A model generated the notes under the pieces. That model did not search any database. It saw only the letters and a list, made by a program, of their open reading frames with translations, and had not been told where the DNA came from. From positions 1,785 through 65,784 of the forward strand of contig CAYUUR010000001.1 of assembly GCA_964448075.1 (NCBI GenBank): a stretch of DNA of 64,000 nt, in the 5' to 3' direction. The position numbers and the translations under genes were made by a program. The DNA is from an uncultured Candidatus Saccharibacteria bacterium. GTDB lineage: Bacteria > Patescibacteriota > Saccharimonadia > Saccharimonadales > CAYUUR01. Positions 53,789-63,991 of this stretch are shown in pieces; within the stretch, counting starts at the first letter, position 1; every line of letters starts with the position of its first letter.

Positions 53789-54064
53789 TTATTTGCCTCC
53801 CTTAGCAAGCTTACCGCCATGTGAGCGGAACTTGCGGGTAGGTGCAAATTCACCGAGCTTATGACCAACCATGTTTTCGGTAATGAAAACAGGAACATGC
53901 ACTTTACCGTTGTGAACAGCAATAGTTTTGCCAACAAACTCAGGACTAATTGTGCAAGCACGTGCCCAAGTCTTAATGATAGTACGGTCTTCGTTGCCCA
54001 AAGCGTTTACTTTCTTAGCAAGCTTTGGATCGACAAATGGACCTTTCTTTAGTGATCGACTCAT
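53789..54064 (-). CDS. rpsS: 30S ribosomal protein S19
   Basis: 91 aa; [12 protein letters not shown] typical of S19. Confidence 0.97.
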   Translation of the reverse strand: MSRSLKKGPFVDPKLAKKVNALGNEDRTIIKTWARACTISPEFVGKTIAVHNGKVHVPVFITENMVGHKLGEFAPTRKFRSHGGKLAKGGK

Positions 54065-54073
54065 AATGCTACC

Positions 54074-54910
54074 TTATTTCCTCTTCGCCTGATGACGGGT
54101 TCTTACAATAAACTTACTGCTCGTCTTGCGACTACGTGTCTTGAAACCAAGTGTCTTCTGACCCCAAGGCGTACGTGGATCGCGACCAATACCGTGTGCA
54201 CCACCGTCACCACCACCGTGCGGATGATCAGCTGCGTTCATAGCAATACCACGAACGCCTGGACGCTTACCCTTGAGGCGATTACGGCCAGCTTTACCAA
54301 TCTTGATGTTCTGATGTTGTACGTTACCAACGGTTCCGAGACTCGCAGTACATGTCAGATGGACTAAGCGGACTTCGCCACTAGGCAGTTTAACTTGTGC
54401 ATAGTCACCTTCTTTTGCAGCAAGCTGAACACTAGCACCAGCAGAGCGTGCTAGCTGGGCACCACGTCCTGGCTGTAATTCAACAGCGTGGAGAATACTA
54501 CCAACCGGGATGTTCTTGAGAGGAAGACGGTTACCAAGTTCTATGGCTACTTCTTCGCCAGACTCAATCTTCTGGCCAACCTGCATGTTAGCGGCTGCCA
54601 GAATGTAGTGATATACGTTATCGCTGTCTTTGATACGAGCAATACGAGCAGAACGGTTCGGGTCATACTCAATGTGTTCAATCGTAGCAACTGTACCAGG
54701 GGCTAGCTTGAAGTTAACCTTACGGTAGAACTTCTTTGCGCCACCACCACGATGACGAGTAGTAATGCGGCCTTGGTTGTTACGCCCACTCTTTTGCTTC
54801 TTTACAACGAGAAGTGAACGAACAGGCTTGCGTGTAGTGATTTCGCTCATATCCTGCGTGGTCATACCGCGCTGTGCAGGAGTAACTGGCTTCATCTGTT
54901 TAATGGCCAT
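54074..54910 (-). CDS. rplB: 50S ribosomal protein L2
   Basis: 278 aa; L2 signature [14 protein letters not shown]. Confidence 0.97.
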   Translation of the reverse strand: MAIKQMKPVTPAQRGMTTQDMSEITTRKPVRSLLVVKKQKSGRNNQGRITTRHRGGGAKKFYRKVNFKLAPGTVATIEHIEYDPNRSARIARIKDSDNVYHYILAAANMQVGQKIESGEEVAIELGNRLPLKNIPVGSILHAVELQPGRGAQLARSAGASVQLAAKEGDYAQVKLPSGEVRLVHLTCTASLGTVGNVQHQNIKIGKAGRNRLKGKRPGVRGIAMNAADHPHGGGDGGAHGIGRDPRTPWGQKTLGFKTRSRKTSSKFIVRTRHQAKRK

Positions 54911-55278
54911 TACTTGGTCTCCTTTTTAGCCTTCTTAGCGGCTTTTTCAGCTTGCTTAGCTTCAGCGTCGGCAGCTTCATCAATTGCATCAAATACAGGT
55001 ATTTTGTCGCCTTTTGCTACGCGGACGTAGGCTTTTTTGATGTCACTGCGCTTACCGGCAACTGCTCGGCTTCGCTTACGATAGCTCTGCTTGACTTTGC
55101 CTTTAGCAACAATAATGTTTACTTCTTCAACCTTAACGTCAAACTGAGCAGCAACAGCTGCAGCTACCATGACTTTATTAGCGCTGGTAGGCACATCAAA
55201 AACGTAGGTGTTATGTAGTTTGCTCAAAGCGTAAGTCTTTTCACTCATGCGTGGCTTCAATGCTAGTTCTTTACTCAT
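54910..55278 (-). CDS. rplW: 50S ribosomal protein L23 with Ala/Lys-rich C-terminal tail
   Basis: 122 aa; L23 core plus an ~25-aa tail. Confidence 0.93.
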   Translation of the reverse strand: MSKELALKPRMSEKTYALSKLHNTYVFDVPTSANKVMVAAAVAAQFDVKVEEVNIIVAKGKVKQSYRKRSRAVAGKRSDIKKAYVRVAKGDKIPVFDAIDEAADAEAKQAEKAAKKAKKETK

Positions 55279-55934
55279 TTTGCAGCCTCATCTTTCTTTG
55301 CCGGAGCTGTAAGCCAAGCTACAACTTCCTTGAGTGCTCCAGCAGTAATCAGGATCATATCTGCATTCAGAACATCATATACGTTTAGGTAGCTACTCTG
55401 GGAGACCTTTACGTCACGGAGATTACTGGTCGCACGGACAATTTCTGGAGTTTTCTGCTCAGTGACAATAAGCGTTCGACGCATAGCACCAACCTTATCA
55501 AGTAATTTGACGGCTTCTGAGGTTTTGCCGTCTTTGATAGCAAAGGCTTCAATGACTGCAATCTTGTTTGCTTCTGCAGCAACGCTCAACGCTTGGCGGA
55601 TTGCCTGGCGCTTTGCAGCTGTTGGCATTCGCTTGGTGTAGTTTTCGTTACCTGTTGGGCCGAAAACGATACCACCACCGCGCCAAATTGGGTTACGGCT
55701 TGAACCGAAACGTGCGCGGCCAGTACCCTTTTGTTTCCAAGGCTTGCGGCCACCACCACGGACATCGCCGCGGTTTTTAACATTAGCTGTGCCGAGTCGG
55801 CCGTTAGCAAGATACGCTACGTATGCTTGCTTAAGTAGATCATGGTTAGCTGTGTCGACTGCAAAGACTGCTTTGTCGAGTTTTGCAGCAGTTGTAGCTT
55901 TAGTGCCGGATTTGGTAAATGTTGTTACTGCCAT
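55275..55934 (-). CDS. rplD: 50S ribosomal protein L4
   Basis: Start set at ATG 55932-55934 ([10 protein letters not shown]), one nt after the rplC stop; L4 loop [16 protein letters not shown]. Confidence 0.95.
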   Translation of the reverse strand: MAVTTFTKSGTKATTAAKLDKAVFAVDTANHDLLKQAYVAYLANGRLGTANVKNRGDVRGGGRKPWKQKGTGRARFGSSRNPIWRGGGIVFGPTGNENYTKRMPTAAKRQAIRQALSVAAEANKIAVIEAFAIKDGKTSEAVKLLDKVGAMRRTLIVTEQKTPEIVRATSNLRDVKVSQSSYLNVYDVLNADMILITAGALKEVVAWLTAPAKKDEAAK

Positions 55935-55935
55935 A

Positions 55936-56547
55936 TTATGCTCCTTGTACCACAACTATGCTTTTGCGTGGACCTGGCACTGCACCGACGACGCCGATGA
56001 TATTGTGCTCTGTGTCTACGAGTGCAATCTTTAGGTTTGTGACGGTAACGCGTTCGTGACCCATTTGGCCGGCCATTTTCTTACCCTTGAAGATGCGCTG
56101 TGGGTACATAGAACCGATAGAACCAACCTTACGGGTGTTTCCTTTACCACCATGTGTTTTGCGCTGTCGGTGGAAGTTGTGACGCTTGATCGTTCCTGCC
56201 CAGCCTTTACCTTTGCTCGTGCCAGTGACTTGTACCGTGTCGCCAATTGAAAAGACCTCTGGTGTGAGCGTTTCGCCAACCTTGAGGTCTTCTGTGATTT
56301 CTGGAACGCGAATTTCGCGTACGATTTTTGGTGTTACTTTTGATTGCTTGAAATGTCCTGCCTGGGCTTTGCCCATATTCTTGGCAGTTTCAAAACCGAG
56401 CTGCACAGCTGTATAGCCGTCAACATCTGTGGTTTTGACTTGCGTAATAACGCAAGGACTAGCGGAAAGCAAGGTAACAGCAGTCATAGTACCGTCATCA
56501 GAGATGGTACTGGTCATGCCAACCTTTCGTGTAATAAGGGCTTTCAT
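55936..56547 (-). CDS. rplC: 50S ribosomal protein L3
   Basis: 203 aa; [13 protein letters not shown] and [13 protein letters not shown] typical of L3. Confidence 0.97.
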   Translation of the reverse strand: MKALITRKVGMTSTISDDGTMTAVTLLSASPCVITQVKTTDVDGYTAVQLGFETAKNMGKAQAGHFKQSKVTPKIVREIRVPEITEDLKVGETLTPEVFSIGDTVQVTGTSKGKGWAGTIKRHNFHRQRKTHGGKGNTRKVGSIGSMYPQRIFKGKKMAGQMGHERVTVTNLKIALVDTEHNIIGVVGAVPGPRKSIVVVQGA

Positions 56548-56759
56548 AGTGTCTTATAACCTTTTCGTTACAGGTACAGTGCATGAAAATACTTGATGGC
56601 CGGTGGTTTCTACCTCTGTAGACCTACCAATTCATCAAGTTCATGATGTACACAAAGTTTGATATACCATAACAGATTAGCAGAAAACACCCACTACTGT
56701 CAATATGTTGTCTATTCTACATTTAATTCTGAAAGATTTTGGGTGGATCTTTTTAAAGG

Positions 56760-57035
56760 CTATATAACAATATGGAGGCCGAGGGGGAGCCAGAAGCTAA
56801 TGAAGGCCGACATCAAGAGAATAGCGTAGCCAATCTTTTTGTCGAGCTGTAAACGCTCGTGACGCAGTAATACTACACCAGCTAGCAGACCAATTGGTAT
56901 GGGTATTTGTGCTCCACTACTAGTGACAATGCGTAGCCAGAACGATCCTAGTACGAGGTAAACGACGAGTTTTAGAAAGTATATACTGTCTACTTCTTTG
57001 GTTCGTGTTTGTTTTGTTTTTGTTTTACTCGGCAT
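56760..57035 (-). CDS. hypothetical small membrane protein (91 aa) between rpsJ and rplC
   Basis: Three hydrophobic segments after a basic N-terminus; no SD. Confidence 0.4.
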   Translation of the reverse strand: MPSKTKTKQTRTKEVDSIYFLKLVVYLVLGSFWLRIVTSSGAQIPIPIGLLAGVVLLRHERLQLDKKIGYAILLMSAFISFWLPLGLHIVI

Positions 57036-57083
57036 TTAGTTAGTATAACAGCTTACGCTTTCTAAACCAGTTGGATTGTTCTA

Positions 57084-57779
57084 TTAACTATTGGTAGGAC
57101 CGGTCAAATAATGATGCAAAGTTTCATCGCTCAGTACATCGTTTGCTAGTACTTCTGCCTCATGTCGCATGGCTCTCGTTGCACTATCCAACCTGAAAAC
57201 TCGGCTGAAGTTGCCAAACTGAGCCTTATCTACCTCATGGCTGAGCCTCTCGGTATGTGCGATCGAGGCCATATACGCGATAGAATGTGAATACACACGC
57301 GCTGTACTCCTTCGGTAACTACTGTGCGGTTCGGACCCAACGAGTGCCAGTAGTTTCCAGTGCCCACGACCGGCGATATCTTGAGCTGACGAACGAGCAT
57401 TTGCCATGATAGTATCCTCAATCGTTTCATGTGTTGCCACTGACTGAAGAAGCCCATTGACGGTGCTGAAGTAGCGGCGCCGTTCACTGATACTGGCCAT
57501 CATTTTTCTTCCGAGCATGAGTCCAACTATTGCGCCAGTGACGAATGCAGCTCCAGATTGTGACATCAACGTCGGGTCGTCTTCATGTTTTTCTGATGCC
57601 CCACTCAATGTTACACGTAAATAATATGGCACCTTCTGCCAGTTGTAATTTGCATACTCAATACTACCCTTTTTTGCAACAGCATCAATAATCGACTCGC
57701 AAGCATTGTCAAATTCAAACTGAACGTTATCTAATGCTCGTTGAGTTGGCATTGTTCCAAGAATTTCTAAATCAGACAT
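57084..57779 (-). CDS. hypothetical protein (231 aa) between rpsJ and rplC
   Basis: Longest ORF in the 1.29-kb rpsJ-rplC spacer; ATG start, no SD; one central hydrophobic segment; no recognisable domain. Confidence 0.45.
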   Translation of the reverse strand: MSDLEILGTMPTQRALDNVQFEFDNACESIIDAVAKKGSIEYANYNWQKVPYYLRVTLSGASEKHEDDPTLMSQSGAAFVTGAIVGLMLGRKMMASISERRRYFSTVNGLLQSVATHETIEDTIMANARSSAQDIAGRGHWKLLALVGSEPHSSYRRSTARVYSHSIAYMASIAHTERLSHEVDKAQFGNFSRVFRLDSATRAMRHEAEVLANDVLSDETLHHYLTGPTNS

Positions 57780-57833
57780 GGGTAGTATGTTATTTATGTT
57801 CGGTGTATGTAGTTACTTCAGCGTAACTGACAA

Positions 57834-58175
57834 CTACATCTTTATTTCGGCATCACAGCCGGCAGGAAGCGAAAGATTCATTAGTGAATCAATTGTCTTT
57901 GGTGTTGGCTCTAACACATCGATAATACGTTTGTGTACACGCATTTCAAACTGTTCACGGCCTTTTTTATAAACGTGCGGGCTCTTAACAACAGTGTAAG
58001 TTGTTTTCTTGGTTGGAAGTGGGATTGGCCCAGCAATTGTTGCACCGGTACGGATTGCTGTATCAACAATCTGCTTAGCAGACTGATCGATTACTTTGTG
58101 ATCATATGCCTTAAGACGGATACGGATCTTTTGCTTACCGTCTTTCTTTTCTAGTGGTTTTTTGGCGTCAGCCAT
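57834..58175 (-). CDS. rpsJ: 30S ribosomal protein S10
   Basis: 113 aa; [17 protein letters not shown] typical of S10. Confidence 0.97.
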   Translation of the reverse strand: MADAKKPLEKKDGKQKIRIRLKAYDHKVIDQSAKQIVDTAIRTGATIAGPIPLPTKKTTYTVVKSPHVYKKGREQFEMRVHKRIIDVLEPTPKTIDSLMNLSLPAGCDAEIKM

Positions 58176-58386
58176 GATGTGCTCCTTTCATGAGCACTAG
58201 GGCGGAGGGGGAAGGATGAAGGGTGGAGGTTTTCCTCATTCCCTTTTGCCTTAGCCCTTAGCCCTAGTCTGTGATGTAACATCTCCGTAAGTGCTATAGA
58301 GAGCCCTGTACGACGACTTTTAGTCATCACGATTAGTTTGTAATACAATCCTACAACAATAATCAATTTTTGTGAAGGATCTTCTG
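58176..58386 (-). promoter_or_regulatory. long structured rpsJ 5' leader
   Basis: 211 nt. Hairpin GTGCTC-ATGAAAG-GAGCAC overlaps the SD (58179-58197). A pyrimidine tract with two CCTCC faces the tandem GGGCTAAGGGCTAAGG. Confidence 0.4.
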
Positions 58387-58821
58387 TTAAGTGATACTAG
58401 ATGCAGCCTCTAATGTGCGCTGCCTTTCACTTCGCTCAATGCCATAGCGTTTATCAAGTGTATGTCGCGGCCCGCCTTGAAAAGCATTATATGCCGATAG
58501 TGCGTAGTTAAGTGCGCGCTTACCAACTAAGTGACACCTGTCATATCTGCCGTAGTAGTATCCACTGGTATCGATATTGAAGTATCTCTCTTGTCGCAGC
58601 GTTTCAACTTCATGAAGTGTTACACCTTCATCATCTGCGAGCTGCCTGAATATGTAGCCACTAAGTTCATATGCAACATCATTGGCGAGGGCTATTTCAC
58701 CGTTGTCGATAAGTTCTGTAGCTTTCTGAATAGTTTCAGCTAAACCACATTCTTGACTAGCAATCTCCTCAATACTAGTTCGTATGAGTCCCGCCTGGCT
58801 ATCACGCGAATAATAGGTCAT
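58387..58821 (-). CDS. hypothetical protein (144 aa) between tuf and rpsJ
   Basis: ATG with SD AAGGAGA; no recognisable domain. Confidence 0.5.
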   Translation of the reverse strand: MTYYSRDSQAGLIRTSIEEIASQECGLAETIQKATELIDNGEIALANDVAYELSGYIFRQLADDEGVTLHEVETLRQERYFNIDTSGYYYGRYDRCHLVGKRALNYALSAYNAFQGGPRHTLDKRYGIERSERQRTLEAASSIT

Positions 58822-58963
58822 GTTTTCTCCTTAAGATCGTCTGAAATATATACAAAAGTAGCGATAAACGCAAGCACAAGCATAATCAGAACACTTTGCG
58901 TGGTGGTTTTAGATAGAGCTCGGGTTTTTCAAGCGTGTTATGCAGTGTTAGTAACCGATAATG

Positions 58964-58998
58964 AAAAAGGAGCTGTACTTAGCGTATAGCTCCTTTTT
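58964..58998 (-). terminator. intrinsic terminator after tuf (bidirectional shape)
   Basis: AAAAAGGAGCT ... AGCTCCTTTTT, 50 nt after the tuf stop. Confidence 0.65.
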
Positions 58999-59047
58999 CT
59001 GTCGCAGGTCTTATCCTGCAGTGTGCCCTGGTAAAGGGGCGAGATCG

Positions 59048-60229
59048 CTACTTGTTGATCTTGGTAACAACACCAGCACCTACGGTACGGCCACCTTCGC
59101 GGATAGCGAAGCGTAGACCCTGTTCCATAGCGATTGGTGCAAGCAGTTTAACCTTGAAGGTTACTGTGTCGCCCGGCATGACCATTTCTTTGTCAGCTGG
59201 GAGTTCAACCTCACCAGTTACGTCCGTAGTACGGAAGTAGAACTGTGGCTTGTAGCCCTTGAAGAATGGTGTGTGACGACCGCCTTCATCCTTAGTGAGG
59301 ATATAGACTTCTGCATCAAACTCAGTGTGAGGAGTGATTGAACCAGGCTTAGCCAAAACTTGGCCGCGCTCGATGTCATCACGCTCAATACCACGAAGCA
59401 AGATACCAGCGTTATCACCAGCTTGTCCTTGATCAAGAGATTTCTTGAACATTTCGATGCCAGTTACAACTGATTTCTTGGTGTCGCGGACACCAGTAAT
59501 TTCAACTTCGTCGTTAACTTTAACGATACCCTGTTCAATACGGCCAGTAGCAACAGTGCCACGACCTTTGATTGAGAAGACGTCTTCGATAGCCATCATG
59601 AAAGGCTTGTCGAGGTCGCGCTTAGGCTCTTCAACATAGTCATCCATAGCTTTGATCAGTTCCATGATTGCATCTTCGTTAGCTGCATCGCCTTCGAGTG
59701 CCTTGGTAGCTGAACCCTTGATGATTGGAGCATCTTCGTCAAAACCGTTCTTAGCGAGCAGTTCACGAATGTCCATTTCAACTAGTTCGATGAGTTCTGG
59801 ATCAGCAAGATCCATCTTGTTCATGAATACAAGAATCTTAGGTACGCCCACTTGCTTAGCAAGAAGTACGTGTTCACGAGTCTGAGGCAACGGACCGTCG
59901 TTAGCGGCAACCACGAGGATAGCACCATCGATCTGCGCAGCACCGGTAATCATGTTCTTCACATAGTCGGCGTGACCTGGCATGTCAACGTGCGCGTAGT
60001 GGCGCTTTTCTGATTCATATTCTTGGTGAGAAGTCGCAATGGTAATACCACGTGCTTTCTCTTCTGGGGCGTTGTCAATCTGATCATACGCAATTGGTTT
60101 GTTAACGTCGCTCGGTAGCTTTTTAGCTAGTACAGCGGTGATAGCAGCCGTAAGTGTCGTTTTACCGTGGTCAACGTGACCCATAGTACCTACGTTTACA
60201 TGCGGCTTGCTTCGGTCAAAATCTGCCAT
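59048..60229 (-). CDS. tuf: elongation factor Tu
   Basis: 393 aa; [22 protein letters not shown] GTPase motifs. Confidence 0.98.
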   Translation of the reverse strand: MADFDRSKPHVNVGTMGHVDHGKTTLTAAITAVLAKKLPSDVNKPIAYDQIDNAPEEKARGITIATSHQEYESEKRHYAHVDMPGHADYVKNMITGAAQIDGAILVVAANDGPLPQTREHVLLAKQVGVPKILVFMNKMDLADPELIELVEMDIRELLAKNGFDEDAPIIKGSATKALEGDAANEDAIMELIKAMDDYVEEPKRDLDKPFMMAIEDVFSIKGRGTVATGRIEQGIVKVNDEVEITGVRDTKKSVVTGIEMFKKSLDQGQAGDNAGILLRGIERDDIERGQVLAKPGSITPHTEFDAEVYILTKDEGGRHTPFFKGYKPQFYFRTTDVTGEVELPADKEMVMPGDTVTFKVKLLAPIAMEQGLRFAIREGGRTVGAGVVTKINK

Positions 60230-60380
60230 GTAGATTTGTCTCCTATTATTAGTTCATTATTTTATCGCGGTCCATGTCACATCAATAGCAACGCCCTCTC
60301 GCGAGTACATCAATAATCTTACCTGTTAGTCGGTCTTTTGTAAAGAGTTTTAACGTCAGTTTAGGAAGTGCACAAGTATA

Positions 60381-60791
60381 TTATTGAGCTGCCAATATTT
60401 GCACACAAAACCGTTCTTCTAGTTCTTGTTGTGCAGTCATGGTTCTATCAAGAGCTAGACGCTCATAGTCATTCACCATGAATTGAGGCATTTTTACAGT
60501 AGGAATAGATTCGTTGTCTGATGATACAGGTAAACCAAGCCAGATATACTGATTACTTACAGCAGTACTACAGCGTCGAAGCGTATCAGCACATTCTCGA
60601 TCTGGAATATAGTGAGCAGCTTCAATCTGTCTTTTGACCAGTTGTCTACTTAGCCACAAACCCATTGTGAACGTTGACTGTTCCCGATCGTAGCTCGTAT
60701 ATGCAAAGTAAATAACTGCATGACCACTGTAGCCTGGCTCTATGCTACGGAATCGTTCGGCGCTAATCTCGGTAAACTTGTCGCGAAGCAT
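60381..60791 (-). CDS. hypothetical protein (136 aa) between fusA and tuf
   Basis: ATG 5 nt after the fusA stop (TAG TAAGC ATG); no recognisable domain. Confidence 0.5.
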   Translation of the reverse strand: MLRDKFTEISAERFRSIEPGYSGHAVIYFAYTSYDREQSTFTMGLWLSRQLVKRQIEAAHYIPDRECADTLRRCSTAVSNQYIWLGLPVSSDNESIPTVKMPQFMVNDYERLALDRTMTAQQELEERFCVQILAAQ

Positions 60792-60796
60792 GCTTA

Positions 60797-62884
60797 CTAC
60801 TTGGCGTTTTTGGCAATGATAGCTTCTGTGACGTTTGGTGGAACGTCTTCGTAGTGGTCAAGCTCCATACTTGAACTCGCACGACCTTGCGTCATTGAAC
60901 GCAGGTTGGTGGTGTAACCAAACATTTCACCAAGTGGTACAAAGGCAGTGATTTCTTTAACGCCGCTGGAAAGGTCTTCCATAGACTCGATGCGTCCACG
61001 CTTACTGTTGAGGTCACCAATGACATCGCCCATGAACTCTTCAGGTGTTACGGCAACAACCTTCATGATAGGTTCAAGGAGTACTGGCTTAGCAACCTTC
61101 ACACCAGCTTGCAGTGCCATAGAGCCAGCAATCTTAAAGGCCATTTCGTTTGAGTCAACGTCGTGGTAGCTTCCGTCGTACAGTTCTGCCTTGATATCAA
61201 CAACAGGGTATCCGGCGATAACACCGTTAGACATTGCCTCGATGATACCTTGCTCAACTGGCTTGATGTATTCACTTGGGACAACTCCACCCTTGATAGA
61301 GTTAATGAACTCAAAGCCTTTACCAGCTTCGTTCTGAGACAGGCGAAGCCAAACGTGACCGTACTGACCACGTCCACCAGATTGCTTGACGAACTTACCT
61401 TCAATTTCAACAGCGTCTTTGCGGATAGTTTCACGGTAGGCAACCTGTGGTTGACCAATGTTGGCCTCGACATTGAACTCGCGCTTCATACGGTCAACGA
61501 GAATTTCGAGGTGAAGCTCACCCATACCAGAGATAATTGTCTGGCCTGTTTCTTCGTCAACACGAACACGGAAAGTTGGATCTTCCTCTGCAAGACGCTG
61601 CAATGCTAGGCTCATCTTCTCTTGGTCAGCCTTTGTCTTTGGTTCGATTGCAATGCTGACAGGCGGTTCAGGGAATGTAATGCTCTCAAGCACAATAGGA
61701 TCATTGATTTCACAAAGTGTGTTACCAGTTGTTGTACCCTTAAGGCCAACGATGGCAGCGATATCACCAGCACCGATTTCAGTAACGTCTTCACGCTTGT
61801 CAGCTTGCAGACGTACAATACGGCCGATGCGTTCTTTGCTACCCGTAGAACTGTTCAGAATATATGACCCAGCTACGAGCTTACCTGAGTAAACACGGAA
61901 GTAAGCCAGCTTACCAACAAAAGGATCAGTTGTGATCTTAAAGGCCAGCGCTGCAAAAGGATCAGATTCGCTTGGCTTTCGCTCAATTTCATCACCAGTC
62001 TTTGGGTGCGTGCCCCAGGTAGAACCAACGTCAAGTGGGCTTGGCAGGTAGTCATTAACCATATCGAGTACTTTTTCTACGATAACGCCACGGCCATCGC
62101 CCCCAGTTACGGCAAAGAACTTACCTGATAGCACAGCGGTACGGATAGCTTGCTTGATTTCATCAGTTGACAGACCTTCTTCACCGACTTCAAAGAACTT
62201 CTCCATCATGGCTTCGTCTTCTGCGACGGCATTTTCTATCAGCAGGCTGCGGTATTTCTTGGCCTTGTCGAGCATATCTTCTGGGATTTCACCCTCAATC
62301 AGCTCTTTATCGGTGAAGTCTTTGTAGGTGTATGCCTTCATTTCGACGAGGTCAATTACACCGTTGATGGCTTGTTCAAAACCAATTGGCAAATGCACAG
62401 GGAATGCGTGTTTGCTGAGGCGGTTATGGATAGAGTCGAGAGACTTGTAGAAGTCACCACCCGTTTGGTTGATTTTGTTGATGAAACAAATACGTGGGAC
62501 TTTGTACTTGTCAGCTTGGCGCCAGACAGTTTCAGATTGTGATTCAACACCCATCTTACCGTCAAAGACCACACACGCACCATCAAGCACACGTAGTGAA
62601 CGCTCAACTTCAACGGTGAAGTCGATGTGACCAGGAGTATCGATAATGTTAATCTGGTTACTCTTCCAGTAACAAGTCACTGAAGCAGCCACGATAGTAA
62701 TACCGCGCTCGCGCTCTTGTGCCATCCAGTCGGTTGTTGTCTCACCTTCGTGCACTGCACCGATCTTGTGGTTCAAACCAGTACGGTAGAGGATACCTTC
62801 TGTAGTGGTAGTTTTACCGGCATCAATGTGCGCGATAATACCGAGGTTCCTAATATCTTTCATTGGTGTTGTTTTTGCCGCCAT
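60797..62884 (-). CDS. fusA: elongation factor G
   Basis: 695 aa; AHIDAGKTTTTE, DTPGHIDF motifs, five-domain EF-G length. Confidence 0.98.
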   Translation of the reverse strand: MAAKTTPMKDIRNLGIIAHIDAGKTTTTEGILYRTGLNHKIGAVHEGETTTDWMAQERERGITIVAASVTCYWKSNQINIIDTPGHIDFTVEVERSLRVLDGACVVFDGKMGVESQSETVWRQADKYKVPRICFINKINQTGGDFYKSLDSIHNRLSKHAFPVHLPIGFEQAINGVIDLVEMKAYTYKDFTDKELIEGEIPEDMLDKAKKYRSLLIENAVAEDEAMMEKFFEVGEEGLSTDEIKQAIRTAVLSGKFFAVTGGDGRGVIVEKVLDMVNDYLPSPLDVGSTWGTHPKTGDEIERKPSESDPFAALAFKITTDPFVGKLAYFRVYSGKLVAGSYILNSSTGSKERIGRIVRLQADKREDVTEIGAGDIAAIVGLKGTTTGNTLCEINDPIVLESITFPEPPVSIAIEPKTKADQEKMSLALQRLAEEDPTFRVRVDEETGQTIISGMGELHLEILVDRMKREFNVEANIGQPQVAYRETIRKDAVEIEGKFVKQSGGRGQYGHVWLRLSQNEAGKGFEFINSIKGGVVPSEYIKPVEQGIIEAMSNGVIAGYPVVDIKAELYDGSYHDVDSNEMAFKIAGSMALQAGVKVAKPVLLEPIMKVVAVTPEEFMGDVIGDLNSKRGRIESMEDLSSGVKEITAFVPLGEMFGYTTNLRSMTQGRASSSMELDHYEDVPPNVTEAIIAKNAK

Positions 62885-62887
62885 TCT

Positions 62888-63346
62888 CTATCCCTCTTTC
62901 TGTTCGTTCGTAATGCTCTTGTATTGTGTTGCGAGTGTTTCTAATCGTTGTTGAGTACCTTCAGCACCATCTGCCATTTGGCTTCTGTAGGCTAGGCTGT
63001 ATGCAAGGGTGTCCCAGACGGCCTCTTCGGCTGCGAAAACATCATTAGTAGACAGGTCGAGTGCTGAATCAAGATCAACACGTACACTGTCCCTAACGAC
63101 AGACTTGGCCAGCGCCATATACAACTCTGAAGGCGAATCAACGGATTCTTTCTCAAAGAGTTCTTCAGCAAGCTGCATCCATCTGGTTTTGTTTATTGCA
63201 ATCTCAGCCACTCTATTGTGCCACACCGCTTTCTGCATCTTGTGGCACGCCAGCGTATGGTGACGCTTCGTACAAGAAGTCAACATTTGCAACTGGTCCG
63301 TAGTCTCTGAAGACTTCGATAGCGTCATCTCGGACATCGACGTCAT
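62888..63346 (-). CDS. hypothetical acidic protein (96-152 aa) between rpsG and fusA; start uncertain
   Basis: Stop lies 3 nt before the fusA ATG. The longest form overlaps the 99-aa ORF by 134 nt; internal ATGs at 63238 and 63178. Confidence 0.45.
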   Translation of the reverse strand: MTSMSEMTLSKSSETTDQLQMLTSCTKRHHTLACHKMQKAVWHNRVAEIAINKTRWMQLAEELFEKESVDSPSELYMALAKSVVRDSVRVDLDSALDLSTNDVFAAEEAVWDTLAYSLAYRSQMADGAEGTQQRLETLATQYKSITNEQKEG

Positions 63347-63512
63347 CTACCACCCAAGCACGGACAGTGTCAAAGCCTTCTACCTGGAATGGATTCTGTG
63401 GTCGATACCTTAGTGCATCGACTACAAACAGCTCACCACAAGCAGCTTCATTGAACATTCCTTGGTCGCCGATACTGAGGAGATCTGCTGATACTTTTGT
63501 TTCAAACGCCAT
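63213..63512 (-). CDS. hypothetical acidic protein (99 aa), translationally coupled to rpsG
   Basis: ATG 2 nt after the rpsG stop (TAA TC ATG); no recognisable domain. Confidence 0.5.
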   Translation of the reverse strand: MAFETKVSADLLSIGDQGMFNEAACGELFVVDALRYRPQNPFQVEGFDTVRAWVVDDVDVRDDAIEVFRDYGPVANVDFLYEASPYAGVPQDAESGVAQ

Positions 63513-63514
63513 GA

Positions 63515-63991
63515 TTATCTCGCAAAGTGAGCAAAGGCTCGGTTAGCTTCAGCCATCTTGTGTGTGTCTTCACGCTTCTTAACGGCTGTTCCTGTGTTGT
63601 TGTAGGCGTCCATAAGCTCTGCAGCAATGCGGTCTTCCATGCTCATACCTTTTTTGGCGCGAGCAGCAGCAACAAACCACATCATGGTGAGGTGATTCTG
63701 GCGTTGGCCCTTAACTTCAAAAGGAATCTGGTAGTTCGCACCACCAACGCGGCGAGAACGAGTCTCAACCTGCGGCTGAATGTTCTTCATAGCTTGTTCA
63801 AACACATCAAGTGGGTTCTGCACCTTGAGCTTATCGGCAGCTTTTTGCATACCACCATAGACAAGTCGTTCAGCAAGCTGCTTCTTACCGTTAAGCATGA
63901 CGCGGTTAATAAGACGCTGGACCTGTACAGAGTTGTACACGCGGTCAGCTGGGATATCTCGCACGAGTGATTTGGTTACTTTTCTAGGCAT
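63515..63991 (-). CDS. rpsG: 30S ribosomal protein S7
   Basis: 158 aa; MPRKVTKSLVRDIPADRVYNS typical of S7. Confidence 0.97.
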   Translation of the reverse strand: MPRKVTKSLVRDIPADRVYNSVQVQRLINRVMLNGKKQLAERLVYGGMQKAADKLKVQNPLDVFEQAMKNIQPQVETRSRRVGGANYQIPFEVKGQRQNHLTMMWFVAAARAKKGMSMEDRIAAELMDAYNNTGTAVKKREDTHKMAEANRAFAHFAR

